Assembly (NCBI GenBank): GCA_005239895.1
Contig: SBBB01000016.1
Location: forward strand, 1 to 47,137
From: a bacterium
GTDB lineage: Bacteria > Patescibacteriota > Patescibacteriia > SBBB01
Direction: 5' to 3'
DNA: 47,137 nucleotides
Made by a program: the position numbers and the translations under genes. The notes below the pieces were generated by a model. That model had not been told where the DNA came from and ran no database searches. It saw only the letters and a program-made list of their open reading frames with translations. Positions within the stretch are counted from its first letter, which is position 1. The number at the start of each line of letters is the position of its first letter. Below, piece after piece: positions 10,158 through 19,844 of this stretch.

Positions 10158-10304
10158 ATGAAAATACGAAGAACAATGAAACGTGTGACTGGATGTAAAC
10201 AACGTCAAGGGCTACATTGTATATTTATAGGCGTTATATTGAGTAAAGGTTTTGTAATGCGCATCAACAAGAAAAAAAGAACAAGATACGCACATACTAT
10301 CTAA
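10158..10304 (+). CDS. Small basic orphan protein (48 aa, MKIRRTMKRVTGCKQ...)
   Basis: SD GGGAGGG upstream; hairpin AACGGACTGGTTC/GAACCAGTCCGTT downstream (~10328-10367). Confidence 0.5.
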   Translation: MKIRRTMKRVTGCKQRQGLHCIFIGVILSKGFVMRINKKKRTRYAHTI

Positions 10305-10448
10305 AAATAAAGATGAACTAAATTGGAAACGGACTGGTTCAAGCTAAAAATGCGAACCAGTCCGTTGTGATATTATAAACAATATATTAAATGGCAATAG
10401 AAATTGTAGATCTGCAAACAATAATTTATACGATAGAGTTTATAGAGT

Positions 10449-10649
10449 TTATTGATATTTAGGCTTTAACACCATAGGCATATTTGGCACAGGCTTATTG
10501 TTATGCACAAAACAAAGCCTACCATAAAGCCACTTTAATATATGTATTGAAATACGAAGTTCCTTAGCAGCCTGCCTTTTTACAGTCCATCTTTTTTGAA
10601 TGTGGGGTGCTCGTTCCTGCAAACTCTTTCTATTGTATCGTCTTTTCAT
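10449..10649 (-). CDS. Small basic orphan protein (66 aa)
   Basis: SD GGAGG; TTGACA promoter box upstream (~10761-10766, minus strand). Confidence 0.55.
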   Translation of the reverse strand: MKRRYNRKSLQERAPHIQKRWTVKRQAAKELRISIHILKWLYGRLCFVHNNKPVPNMPMVLKPKYQ

Positions 10650-10788
10650 CTATACCTCCATTAGGTTAATTGATGCCAACTGTCATTGAATGAGGATGTT
10701 ATTTGAACTATTGTTATTTTTTTATTCTCACAATTAATAGAATAAATAAACTTTTTATAATTGTCAAGGATAAATAATACAAAAAAAA

Positions 10789-12021
10789 TTAAGAGGTTTT
10801 TATCTTTTGTATAATTAAAAACCCAATCAACACTAAAACACCCATTCCTAATAAGCCATAAGAATAACTCCAATTTCCGCTGTCAGCTGTAGCTGCCAAA
10901 ATAATACTCCAAGTAATAGGTCCAATAAAAGTCGCGAATCGTTCCGCCAAAATATAAAAACTAAAAGCCCGGGCTTCTATTTCTTGGGTAGTAAACTCTG
11001 ACACCATAGCTCGGCTAACACCCCACACTGGACCATAAAAAAGTCCAGCTATAAGACAGATAATAGATGCTATGGTTAGTGAAGATGCAAACGCCAGCGC
11101 TGGAAAAAAAATTATCCAAAAAACAAGAATTATAGATAGAGTGAATTTAGTGCCTTTTTTGTCTGTAATTTTTCCAAAAATCAATGACCCAATACCAGAA
11201 AAAACAAGAATTCCAGCCGTGAGATAAGTCTTAATAGTATCACTAGCGCCAAAAACTTTTTCTAAATAAATAGGAAAATTATTTCCAAATGTTAAAAGCG
11301 CGTCACTAAAAAGAAAATAGGCTATAAGCAATAAAGCTAAATTTTTTATGGAAAAAATAGTTTTAGTAGTTTGAAAAACTTTTATATATTCATTTTTTAT
11401 ATTAATTTTTTCTACAATTCGTTCCGTAGACGCTTCTTTATATTTCAAAAGAAGCGGAAGAGCAAAAATCACGAACAATATAAGCGCGGGAATAAAAGTT
11501 TGAACGCGCCCAGATGCGCCAAATAAAGCAATTGCTCCTGTAGCAAATGGTAAGGTTATTAAAAGACCAAAAACTTGTCCAGCATAGTTTGCTCCTATTC
11601 CTAATCCTGAAACCCAACCCCGATTGGCATCCGTAGAAATATCATTGATCATGGGAGTGTAATAAATAAATGTCATTAAATAAAAATACATAGCAAGTGT
11701 AAAACATATTATGGCTAGTAAGACTTGAGATGGAGCAAAAAGCGCAATCAAAGCTGTAAAAAGATAAAAAATAAATGTAATTATTGAGTAAAAACGAACA
11801 CCCCTGAGTTTATGACCAGTTTCGTCTAATCTTTGCCCAACCACGGGAGCAGTTAAAATAAAAAACAGAGATGAAATCACAAGAACTGAATTGTACCACC
11901 AGTCTGGTTTGCCGCTATCAATAACTAACCATTGAGAAAAATAAAAAAGAAACACAATCATAATGATTGAGTTTGCAAAATCATACAAAGCCCAAAGAAA
12001 AATATTTTTTCGTACTTGCAT
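10789..12021 (-). CDS. MFS transporter (UMF1/Atg22-like)
   Basis: WALYDFANS N-terminus, about 12 TM helices, FGKITDKKG motif A. Confidence 0.85.
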   Translation of the reverse strand: MQVRKNIFLWALYDFANSIIMIVFLFYFSQWLVIDSGKPDWWYNSVLVISSLFFILTAPVVGQRLDETGHKLRGVRFYSIITFIFYLFTALIALFAPSQVLLAIICFTLAMYFYLMTFIYYTPMINDISTDANRGWVSGLGIGANYAGQVFGLLITLPFATGAIALFGASGRVQTFIPALILFVIFALPLLLKYKEASTERIVEKINIKNEYIKVFQTTKTIFSIKNLALLLIAYFLFSDALLTFGNNFPIYLEKVFGASDTIKTYLTAGILVFSGIGSLIFGKITDKKGTKFTLSIILVFWIIFFPALAFASSLTIASIICLIAGLFYGPVWGVSRAMVSEFTTQEIEARAFSFYILAERFATFIGPITWSIILAATADSGNWSYSYGLLGMGVLVLIGFLIIQKIKTS

Positions 12022-12237
12022 ACTGCTAAATTTAAAAAATAAAATTTAGGGTCAATAACTTTAATATAACAAAGGGTTGAATTTTATACAATAGAATTTA
12101 ACTTACACTCTAAATAGTTGATTTTGTCTTAACTTTATAAAAACCCTTAAGCGGAGCAGTTGACTAAAATCAATTGCTCCTTGCGCGTTATGGTATAATA
12201 TAAAATATATTAAAATATTTATTTAAGATAAATTATT

Positions 12238-12777
12238 ATGACAAAAACTATTATTATTGCTTCTAAAAATCCAGTGAAAATAAATGCCACCCTAAACGGT
12301 TTTCAAAAAATGTTTCCGAAAGAAACATTTGAGATTAAGGGTATTTCTGCTTCTTCAGGTGTAAGTAATCAACCTCAAAGTGATTTGGAGGCGTTTTCAG
12401 GCGCGTGGAACCGAGCTGATAATGCTTCTAAGCAAGAACCAAATGCAGACTTTTACGTAGGTATTGAGGGTGGAATTGAAGAAAATAATTTCGATATGAA
12501 AGCCTTTGCTTGGGTCGTAATCAAATCTAGGGCTAGTGGTTTTGGTAAAGCTAGAACTGGAACTTTTTTTCTTCCACTGCAAATTGCTGAGTTTATTAAA
12601 CAGGGAAAAGAGCTTAGCGAAGCTGATGATATTGTTTTTGGCAGAACAAATTCTAAACAAGAAAATGGCGCGGTTGGTCTTTTAACTGATAATGTAATTG
12701 ATAGAACAAAATATTATACAGAAGCTGTGGTGTTGGCGCTTATTCCTTTCAAAAACAAAAAACTTTATAATTTATAA
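12238..12777 (+). CDS. yjjX: Inosine/xanthosine triphosphatase (YjjX family)
   Basis: ASKNPVK, SGVSNQP, GAWNRA, VGIEGGI, GAVGLLT. Confidence 0.85.
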   Translation: MTKTIIIASKNPVKINATLNGFQKMFPKETFEIKGISASSGVSNQPQSDLEAFSGAWNRADNASKQEPNADFYVGIEGGIEENNFDMKAFAWVVIKSRASGFGKARTGTFFLPLQIAEFIKQGKELSEADDIVFGRTNSKQENGAVGLLTDNVIDRTKYYTEAVVLALIPFKNKKLYNL

Positions 12778-12811
12778 AAATCCCTTGACCACGTCATTCG
12801 ACATGGCTTGA

Positions 12812-12832
12812 CCCCGTTAGAAGCCACGATCA
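12812..12832. mobile_element. Isolated MITE end CCCCGTTAGAAGCCACGATC, preceded by TTGA
   Basis: Matches the left ends at 7390 and 40947; no partner end found. Confidence 0.55.
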
Positions 12833-12890
12833 CTCTCTATTTAACATATTAAGCAAACTAAACCAGTAAATAATTTTCAAAAATATTTAC

Positions 12891-13079
12891 TTAAGTATTT
12901 ATAAAATAAAGATAATTATCGGCGGCGGCGAGGGTATGGACCCTTGCCCCATGGATACAGATTATCAATTTTTTTACGATCTTCTCGCATTTCTTCCAAT
13001 CGTTTTTCGCTAGTTCTTCGGGAGTAAATTTTATGCCACCTTCTATATTTTTTTCATCAGGTATTTTTAAATTTTCCAT
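12891..13079 (-). pseudogene. Short ORF, possibly a truncated remnant
   Basis: 62 aa, typical N-terminus, stops next to the MITE remnant. Confidence 0.3.
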
Positions 13080-13165
13080 AATTTTACTTTAAATTAGTGC
13101 CGTGGTTTTATTATAATATTTTTTACTCTATTGCGCAAAGAGGATTAATAAACTACATTATATAA

Positions 13166-13552
13166 ATGGATACAACTATTTTATTTTCAAAATTAATAGG
13201 TATTTTTTGCTTAGTTATGGGAGTGTCAATGCTCAATCGCAGTAAGATGACTAGTGTGTTTAAAGAACTGTCTAATCAACACGCACTTTCTTGCGTAATG
13301 GGTGTTATAATGCTCATTCTGGGACTAATCATAACATTAACACATTCAAGATGGGAAACCTATCCAGAAAAACTCATCACAATCATTGGTTGGTGGGTAT
13401 GTCTTGAATCTATAGTATTTCTTTTTATTTCTAAAGAAACTTTAGCGCAATGGCTGAATATGATGGAAAATAAAAATGTGTACTATCTGGTTACTTTTGG
13501 TTATTTTTTACTAGGAGTATGTCTTGCTTATAATGGCTTCATTGTGAAATAA
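13166..13552 (+). CDS. Small 4-TM membrane protein
   Basis: Hydrophobic 128-aa ORF. Confidence 0.7.
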   Translation: MDTTILFSKLIGIFCLVMGVSMLNRSKMTSVFKELSNQHALSCVMGVIMLILGLIITLTHSRWETYPEKLITIIGWWVCLESIVFLFISKETLAQWLNMMENKNVYYLVTFGYFLLGVCLAYNGFIVK

Positions 13553-13581
13553 GTTGCATTTTTACTTCTGGTAATTTAAAC

Positions 13582-13623
13582 AATAAATTGTCAAGAACTT
13601 CGCGATCGCGAAACGTGTTGACA
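13582..13623. repeat. 35-bp imperfect palindrome TGTCAAGAACTT..GATCGC..TTGACA, copy 1
   Basis: First 19 bp identical to 14923-14941. Confidence 0.65.
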
Positions 13624-13710
13624 GTCTCTAAATAATTTAACAAATAAAATGATTTAGGCAGGGAGACTGATAGTCCCTGCCCATTAAGAATTATTTCTTA
13701 CTTTGTTAAC

Positions 13711-13893
13711 TTAATTAATCGCTGGTTTTTGTCTTTTCTGGATGGCGATCAAATCACCTAGGTTCTTTGCGTATGTCTTAAAAGTGCCTGCTCCACGATA
13801 TTTGAACATGCGCCCTAATATAGCAAGGGAACGATTTGCCCTGAGGAAGATTTCTTTTTGAATCTTAATATCCTTTTCATTATCTTTTGTCAT
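13711..13893 (-). CDS. Small orphan protein, paralog of 13880-14101
   Basis: SD AAAGGAGG; LRANRSLAILG motif; hairpin GGCAGGGA/TCCCTGCC downstream (13657-13681). Confidence 0.65.
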   Translation of the reverse strand: MTKDNEKDIKIQKEIFLRANRSLAILGRMFKYRGAGTFKTYAKNLGDLIAIQKRQKPAIN

Positions 13894-14101
13894 TTTTAAC
13901 AATTCCTCCTTTTGAAATATGGTGTTTAAGTGAAAACCCTGAATGTCTTATATTCAAAAACTTACCAGAGCCATTCCAAACAAAGCTCTCTCCTAAAACA
14001 GCGAGGGAATAATTTGCTCTCAAACGTAAAGCTGCTTGCATTTCTACATCTTCGGGTTTATCTACAAAACCTACAATTGCCTGTTTTTTTCTAATTTTCA
14101 T
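13880..14101 (-). CDS. Small orphan protein, paralog of 13711-13893
   Basis: SD AAGGAGG; LRANYSLAVLG motif. Confidence 0.65.
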   Translation of the reverse strand: MKIRKKQAIVGFVDKPEDVEMQAALRLRANYSLAVLGESFVWNGSGKFLNIRHSGFSLKHHISKGGIVKNDKR

Positions 14102-14274
14102 AGCAGTACCTCCTTCTTAACCAGAATTATACACTGAAAATAACTTAAATAGCAACGAAATATATGACCACCGTATTTTAAAACCCTAATCTCAATATTG
14201 ACTTAACAAATAAGATATTCTAAAATCCAATATTAGTCGTTACAAATCAATGAGTTCATTAAGGAGAGCGAATC

Positions 14275-14766
14275 ATGTTGTTAATTAAAAAGGAAGAAAT
14301 AGGTTGCGAAGAGAGGCAAGCACACTCATTTACATTTTATAGCGAGGAGAAAAGGATATCTATTGGTTTTGCCAAGATTCCAATTAGAATTTTTCTTAAT
14401 AATGTATGGGAAATGTTGTATGACAACATGCATATCTGGAATCACCAACCCTATTGTGAGTTTATCAAACACGTAGGGTCCATCACCAAAATTGGCAAGT
14501 ATAAAATTCAGAGAAAGCGAAGAAAAAATCAAAAAACCACCGACATTAAACAATTTAAAAAGATATTTAATGGTCGTCAACGAGTGCTTTTTGCCGCTAA
14601 GAATGTAATTGTGGTTAAGTACAACGGAATTTACAGCATACCCATTAGTATCTTTTTCTTTGGGGTCACAAAACATGTATTGCACCACCCTGATATAAAA
14701 TTCAATGATCCGCGGATTAAATTTGTTGAGTACGTACAGTCCATAATTCAATTAAAAGCAGCTTAA
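14275..14766 (+). CDS. Hypothetical protein with an internal duplication
   Basis: TTGACT-17-TAAAAT promoter, SD AAGGAG, terminator GCCGAATCGC/GCGATTCGGC. Confidence 0.65.
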   Translation: MLLIKKEEIGCEERQAHSFTFYSEEKRISIGFAKIPIRIFLNNVWEMLYDNMHIWNHQPYCEFIKHVGSITKIGKYKIQRKRRKNQKTTDIKQFKKIFNGRQRVLFAAKNVIVVKYNGIYSIPISIFFFGVTKHVLHHPDIKFNDPRIKFVEYVQSIIQLKAA

Positions 14767-14922
14767 GAAGTTAATCTATCTAAGCATTTTATTAAGGGAA
14801 TTATATAAAATTAGGGCCGAATCGCATTTTCACTCGCGATTCGGCTTTATGTATAAAAAATGGTTGATACTTGTATTTATCTTCCCTAGAATCTTGACAA
14901 AAACAACTAATATTTTATTCGA

Positions 14923-14964
14923 AATAAATTGTCAAGAACTTAGTAATCGCTGAAAATCTTGACC
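14923..14964. repeat. 35-bp imperfect palindrome, copy 2
   Basis: Direct repeat of 13582-13623. Confidence 0.6.
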
Positions 14965-15100
14965 CTATTTAAAAACTATATTTCATATTTATAGTTAAAA
15001 AAGTTAGTAGTCATAATCCCAAAAAAATAATGTTTAATTATTTTTAATAACTAAACAAATTTTTAGTAACAGCTAAATTATTTTTAAAATCAAAAACCAC

Positions 15101-15136
15101 TGTGAGGTTTCGTCACGATCGCGACGAAGCGTCACG
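15101..15136. repeat. 36-bp palindrome with a CGATCGC centre
   Basis: tgtgaggtttcgtcacgatcgcgacgaagcgtcacg. Confidence 0.55.
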
Positions 15137-15313
15137 CTATAATGTTTTAAAATACTATATATTTAATCAAAACCATAAATATACACTAGTCATTACTCAC
15201 TCTTGACTATTAATTCATAATATTCTAGATTAATAATAATTGACTGCTAATGTCAATTACCACGCACGATGGTTTCGCGAGCTCTCATGTATCAATTAAT
15301 ATAAAGGAGAAAA

Positions 15314-15802
15314 ATGCGCAAACCAGCTAAACCTTATTTGAAGTGGTTAATATTTTTCATGCTTGGTACAACGCTTGGGTTTTTTATTACAGAATATAGG
15401 ATGAAAGATACCATTCCTCCAGTCAACGAATTAATATTAAAATTCTTGCTTGTACAAACCTTAGCACTGGCTATCATATCTTTATTCTTATTATTCTTAA
15501 GAATAAAGGCTTGTAAGGCCAAATTACTAGCCAAACAAATTGCCGCACAAAAATGGCATCTCGTAGAGGCTTATTTGATTCAAAATGAAGAATTACAATA
15601 CCTAGATTCAAAAGGTTGGAGAAAAATTAGCAATAATCATTTCGGGCTTAAAGATGGAAGCGCACTACTTAAATTGTCATCTAAAGATCTACAACGAATA
15701 CCGCTAAAAATCGGCCTCCACCAAATCATCCACTTGCAAAAGCAACAAGTAGTTTTATGTGTTTTCAAACCTTGGAATTTGATTTCATTAATGAAGCCCT
15801 AG
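15314..15802 (+). CDS. Hypothetical 2-TM membrane protein
   Basis: TTGACT-17-TAGATT promoter, SD AAAGGAG. Confidence 0.6.
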   Translation: MRKPAKPYLKWLIFFMLGTTLGFFITEYRMKDTIPPVNELILKFLLVQTLALAIISLFLLFLRIKACKAKLLAKQIAAQKWHLVEAYLIQNEELQYLDSKGWRKISNNHFGLKDGSALLKLSSKDLQRIPLKIGLHQIIHLQKQQVVLCVFKPWNLISLMKP

Positions 15803-16017
15803 AATGTGCTTTCAAAACCGATCTTTGCGCGTATTTGTTGCCAAAAAACTGAATCTATACTAGACAAAAACCTTACATAGAATTTTATTACAATTGATAA
15901 TAAACAATCCTTACATCAACAAATATTAATGAGCCCCGACACAGATGCAGTGCCGGGGCGTGCTTTTTAAATTAACTATAAATTGATATAATAATTTAAT
16001 TATAATATCAATTATAT

Positions 16018-16737
16018 ATGGAAAAAACTTTAATTATCGGGGTTGGAGAAATAGGTAAATCTTTGGGACGCGTTCTGTCTGCGTCTTATCAGGTCAGTTA
16101 CAAAGATATTAATAACCATACAAATGGAGAATTCCCGGTTATTAATATTTGCTACCCTTATTCTAAAGATTTTGTTGATATAACCAAAAAATATATTCAA
16201 CAACATAAACCTAAACTAACCTTAATTCATTCCACAATTAAAGTTGGCACAACTCGTAAAATTGGTTTTAATGTTGTTCATACACCGGTTACTGGTAAAC
16301 ACCCATTTCTAGATCAAGGTATTTTAACTTTTACTAAACTTATAGGAGCTCAATCTCCGGATAACGCTCGCGCTGCTCAACTTTTCTTAAAAAAAGCTAA
16401 AATTAAAACCTGTATATTTAGTTCTCCTGAAACCACAGAATTAACAAAAATACTTTGCACAACTAGATTAGGATGGGAAGTAGTTTTTGCCAAAGAAGTC
16501 GCTAAATTATCTAAAAAATACAAAGTGCCTTTTGAAGAAGTTTACACTTTATGGACTTCATTTTATAATGAAGGATATGCGAAATTAAAATCTAGTCATT
16601 TTGTTCGCTCTAATTTAAAATCCATGCCTGGAAAAATTGGAGGTCACTGTGTTATGAGTAATTGCGACTTACTAGATTGCTCTTTAACAAACATTATTAA
16701 AAAATTTAATAAATCGTATAATCAAGTTAAAAAGTAA
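16018..16737 (+). CDS. UDP-glucose/GDP-mannose dehydrogenase-like protein (short form)
   Basis: GVGEIG Rossmann motif, STIKVGTT, TELTK, IGGHCV catalytic Cys. Confidence 0.7.
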   Translation: MEKTLIIGVGEIGKSLGRVLSASYQVSYKDINNHTNGEFPVINICYPYSKDFVDITKKYIQQHKPKLTLIHSTIKVGTTRKIGFNVVHTPVTGKHPFLDQGILTFTKLIGAQSPDNARAAQLFLKKAKIKTCIFSSPETTELTKILCTTRLGWEVVFAKEVAKLSKKYKVPFEEVYTLWTSFYNEGYAKLKSSHFVRSNLKSMPGKIGGHCVMSNCDLLDCSLTNIIKKFNKSYNQVKK

Positions 16738-16767
16738 CTTTATAAACTTTTTACTAATTTTTAAACT

Positions 16768-17502
16768 ATGCCAATAAAAAAAGGAAAATTTATTGTCATT
16801 GACGGCATTGACGGCAGTGGTAAGGGAACCCAAACCAAACTTTTGATCAAAGCTTTACGCCGGGATAAACAAAAAGTAAAAATTATTAATTTCCCAGCAT
16901 ATTCGTCTAACTTTTTTGGTAAATTTATTGGACATTGTCTTGCCGAACAGTATTTTAATTTTGTACAAACTCATCCCAAAATTGCCTCCGTGCTTTACGC
17001 CGCAGATCGTTTTGAATCTAAAAATAAAATTGAGAAATGGCTAAAACAGGGTTTTATAGTTATAGCGGATAGATATGTGAGCGCTAATCAAATTCATCAG
17101 GGTGGAAAAATTAATAACCTTAAAAAACGCGCCGCATTTATTGAATGGCTACATGAAATGGAATATAATGTTTTTAAAATTCCAAAACCGCATGCTGTTT
17201 TTTATCTAAACGTACCTCTAGTCATAGCCTTAAAACTTATTAAACAAAGAAGTAAAAATACTGGGAGTAAAAAAGATGTTCATGAAAAAGATATTAATTT
17301 TTTAAAAAATTCTCAACAGAGCGCTTTATGGCTCGCTAAAAATCAAAAAAACTGGATTACGATTAATTGTCTCAAAAATAGAGAGATGGACACACCTGAA
17401 AATATTCATCAAATAATTTATTCTCAGGTCAAAAAATTATTAACAAATAAAATTCAAGCAGGGGATTTTTGCGTTGCGTTGAACAACCCCCTGCTACACT
17501 AA
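16768..17502 (+). CDS. tmk: Thymidylate kinase
   Basis: DGIDGSGKGTQ P-loop, LYAADR, ADRYVSAN. Confidence 0.9.
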   Translation: MPIKKGKFIVIDGIDGSGKGTQTKLLIKALRRDKQKVKIINFPAYSSNFFGKFIGHCLAEQYFNFVQTHPKIASVLYAADRFESKNKIEKWLKQGFIVIADRYVSANQIHQGGKINNLKKRAAFIEWLHEMEYNVFKIPKPHAVFYLNVPLVIALKLIKQRSKNTGSKKDVHEKDINFLKNSQQSALWLAKNQKNWITINCLKNREMDTPENIHQIIYSQVKKLLTNKIQAGDFCVALNNPLLH

Positions 17503-17537
17503 TAAACGACAAAATTACTTATGCTTAACAGCATTAG

Positions 17538-17825
17538 CTAATTGCCAAATATAGCTAAAAAAACACCCTTATCATCAAAAAAGAAATAACCAAGATAACC
17601 ACCGTAGCAAAAACCAGCAATCAAACAGACTGCAACAAAAATCCTGTTAATGATATTGCCTCGAATCTTGCCGGAGTTATTAAAGTAGAAATAATCTATA
17701 GTAAAACCAAAAGATCCACTGACTATAGTAGATACAATGGCACTAACCAGAGCACCCATCAAAACCAAAAACATGCAAAAACCAAACAAAATCCAATTAA
17801 ATATTGTTACGCTAATCACTTCCAT
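17538..17825 (-). CDS. Small membrane protein
   Basis: SD AAGGAGG; hydrophobic. Confidence 0.6.
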   Translation of the reverse strand: MEVISVTIFNWILFGFCMFLVLMGALVSAIVSTIVSGSFGFTIDYFYFNNSGKIRGNIINRIFVAVCLIAGFCYGGYLGYFFFDDKGVFLAIFGN

Positions 17826-17917
17826 ATCAGACCTCCTTCTGTAAAATGAGTTGCTGAAGGGGACTGTGGCTGGCCCCCTTCACCTTTTGTTACCTGAAAA
17901 CAATAAAATAATTGACC

Positions 17918-18031
17918 CTAAAGCCACTTCCTCCTTTCCCTCTTTTTTCTTCCTCTTCGGTTTAACGCTGCACCCTTTACTCCTACCATGGTAAGCGGAG
18001 GTGGTCTCTTGGAATTCTTTTTCTTGATCAT
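17918..18031 (-). CDS. 37-aa highly basic peptide MIKKKNSKRPPPLTMVGVKGAALNRRGRKKRERRKWL
   Basis: SD-like GTGAGG; followed by hairpin TGAAGGGG/CCCCTTCA before the next gene. Confidence 0.45.
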   Translation of the reverse strand: MIKKKNSKRPPPLTMVGVKGAALNRRGRKKRERRKWL

Positions 18032-18183
18032 CAGAGATCCTCACTTTCAATAAAACATAATATCATAGTTAATGTTATTAAGCCACTCAAAATTACAAAA
18101 ATTAAGTTCTGCATTGAAATCCTTGTGTTATTTTTTAATAAGATGTATACTGATAAAAGTTAATTTTTAATAAAAACAGTTTC

Positions 18184-18264
18184 TGTCATTCCCGACCTGA
18201 TCGGGAATCCGGGAGCGCGCACAATTAATAATAAGTCTGGACTCTAGTCAGGTCTAGGCTGACA
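18184..18264. repeat. REP/dRS3-like inverted doublet (TGTCATTCCC..GGGAATCC)
   Basis: Family members at 20072-20243, 29593-29674, 37190-37420, 42180-42321. Confidence 0.75.
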
Positions 18265-18317
18265 TAAAATACATAGATTGTATATTTTTTAGTTTTAATT
18301 TTTAAACACGTAAAAAT

Positions 18318-19466
18318 ATGACAAAAAACACAAAAATAGTGCTTGGTATAGTTTTAGTTTTAATAGTTGTTTTCATTGGGTATAAAATGACAATGAAACC
18401 CGATTCAAAAGATACTAGCATGCCAGCTTCCACTGAACCGATTAAGATTGGATTTATTGGACCACTAACCGGCGATGCAGCTGCTTATGGGGCAGATACA
18501 GCTAGCGCGGCTCAAATTGCATTAAAAGAAATTAATACCGCAGGTGGTGTCAATGGAAGACAAATAGAACTAATTGTAGAAGATGGAAAATGTAATGCCA
18601 AAGATGGTCTTTCTAGCGCGCAAAAACTTATCAATCTAGATAAAGTAAAAATTATTCTATCAGCAAGTTGTAGCGGGGAATTATTAGGTTTTACTAATCT
18701 AGCTGAACAAAATAAAGTGCTGGTATTAAATACCCTAGCTTCAAATCCAAAAATTAGCGAAGCTGGTGATTATATTTTTAGAAACGATCCCAGTGATGCA
18801 GATGGCGGTAAACAATTAGCACAGTTAGTTGTAAAATCTTATAAAAAAGTGTCTATTATAACTGAAAATACAGAATATGCTCAAGGCATTGCAACTGTAT
18901 TTAAGGAAGTATATAAAAATCTTAGTGGTACTATAGTTGTTGATGAAGTTTTTTCTCCAGATATGAAAGATTTCCGTTCCATATTACTTAAAATCAAAGG
19001 AACAGACACTGAGGCAATTTTCTTAAATCCGCAAGCTCCAGCTAATGCAGCTCGGCTTGCAAAACAAGCTCGCGAACTTGGCCTTAATCAACAATTCTAC
19101 GTTGCCTATATGAGCGGACCAGAATTTGCAGCCTCGGGTCCAAGCGCTGAAGGTGCTTATATTATTGATGTTCCCGGACTGGCTACTGGAAAAGGTGCTG
19201 AACTTTTAAAGAAGTTTAAAGATGTTTATAACCGTGAACCTGGTTATCCTTATTTTGTTGGTTCGACATATGATGCTTTGTTTCTTCTGACGGATGCCAT
19301 AAAAAAAGAAGGTGAAAATACAACCAAAATTAAAGATTATCTTTATGCTCTACCAGAATATGACGGAACTGTTGGTAAATATAAATTCGATAAAAATGGT
19401 GATCTGGAAGGTATTGATTTTATAGTTCGAAAAGTAGTTGACCAAAAAGCTACAGAGCTCAAATAA
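18318..19466 (+). CDS. Branched-chain amino acid ABC substrate-binding protein (LivJ/LivK family), orphan
   Basis: IKIGFIGPLTG, EINTAGGVNGR, VEDGKC, YIFR, YDA, FDKNGD; N-terminal TM anchor. Confidence 0.88.
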   Translation: MTKNTKIVLGIVLVLIVVFIGYKMTMKPDSKDTSMPASTEPIKIGFIGPLTGDAAAYGADTASAAQIALKEINTAGGVNGRQIELIVEDGKCNAKDGLSSAQKLINLDKVKIILSASCSGELLGFTNLAEQNKVLVLNTLASNPKISEAGDYIFRNDPSDADGGKQLAQLVVKSYKKVSIITENTEYAQGIATVFKEVYKNLSGTIVVDEVFSPDMKDFRSILLKIKGTDTEAIFLNPQAPANAARLAKQARELGLNQQFYVAYMSGPEFAASGPSAEGAYIIDVPGLATGKGAELLKKFKDVYNREPGYPYFVGSTYDALFLLTDAIKKEGENTTKIKDYLYALPEYDGTVGKYKFDKNGDLEGIDFIVRKVVDQKATELK

Positions 19467-19649
19467 GCTTCTAAGCTTTTATATAACATTTATTTCATTC
19501 ATATCTACATATTAAAAAGCTAAATTCATTAGCGTTGTTTGGATGCGTTTTCTTGACATTTTTAAAGTATGTTGTATGCTTAGGAAAGGGTTGTTTTTTC
19601 TTACAAACAACTATTAACCACTAAATAACAAGAAGGATTAAGGAGGATT

Positions 19650-19805
19650 ATGGAACCAATTAGTATAATTGAAGTATTGCAACGCAGGCTTGAAATAGTT
19701 GAAAAAGAGCGCGATGATGCTATACAAAAACTCAACGCAGCTCGCGCAGAAATTGAAACCCTTAAAAAACAAGCTTATGAACGTACACTAGGAGCGCACT
19801 CTTAG
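19650..19805 (+). CDS. 51-aa coiled-coil orphan peptide
   Basis: TTGACA-16-TATGCT promoter, SD AAGGAGG; MEPISIIEVLQRRLEIVEKERDDA... Confidence 0.6.
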   Translation: MEPISIIEVLQRRLEIVEKERDDAIQKLNAARAEIETLKKQAYERTLGAHS

Positions 19806-19844
19806 TAATTTAAACATTTTCTTGGATCAAAATAAGGAGACAAC

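Noticed and set aside
14326-14751. 141-aa minus-strand ORF
   Set aside because: The + strand ORF has a promoter, SD, terminator and internal repeat; this one has none
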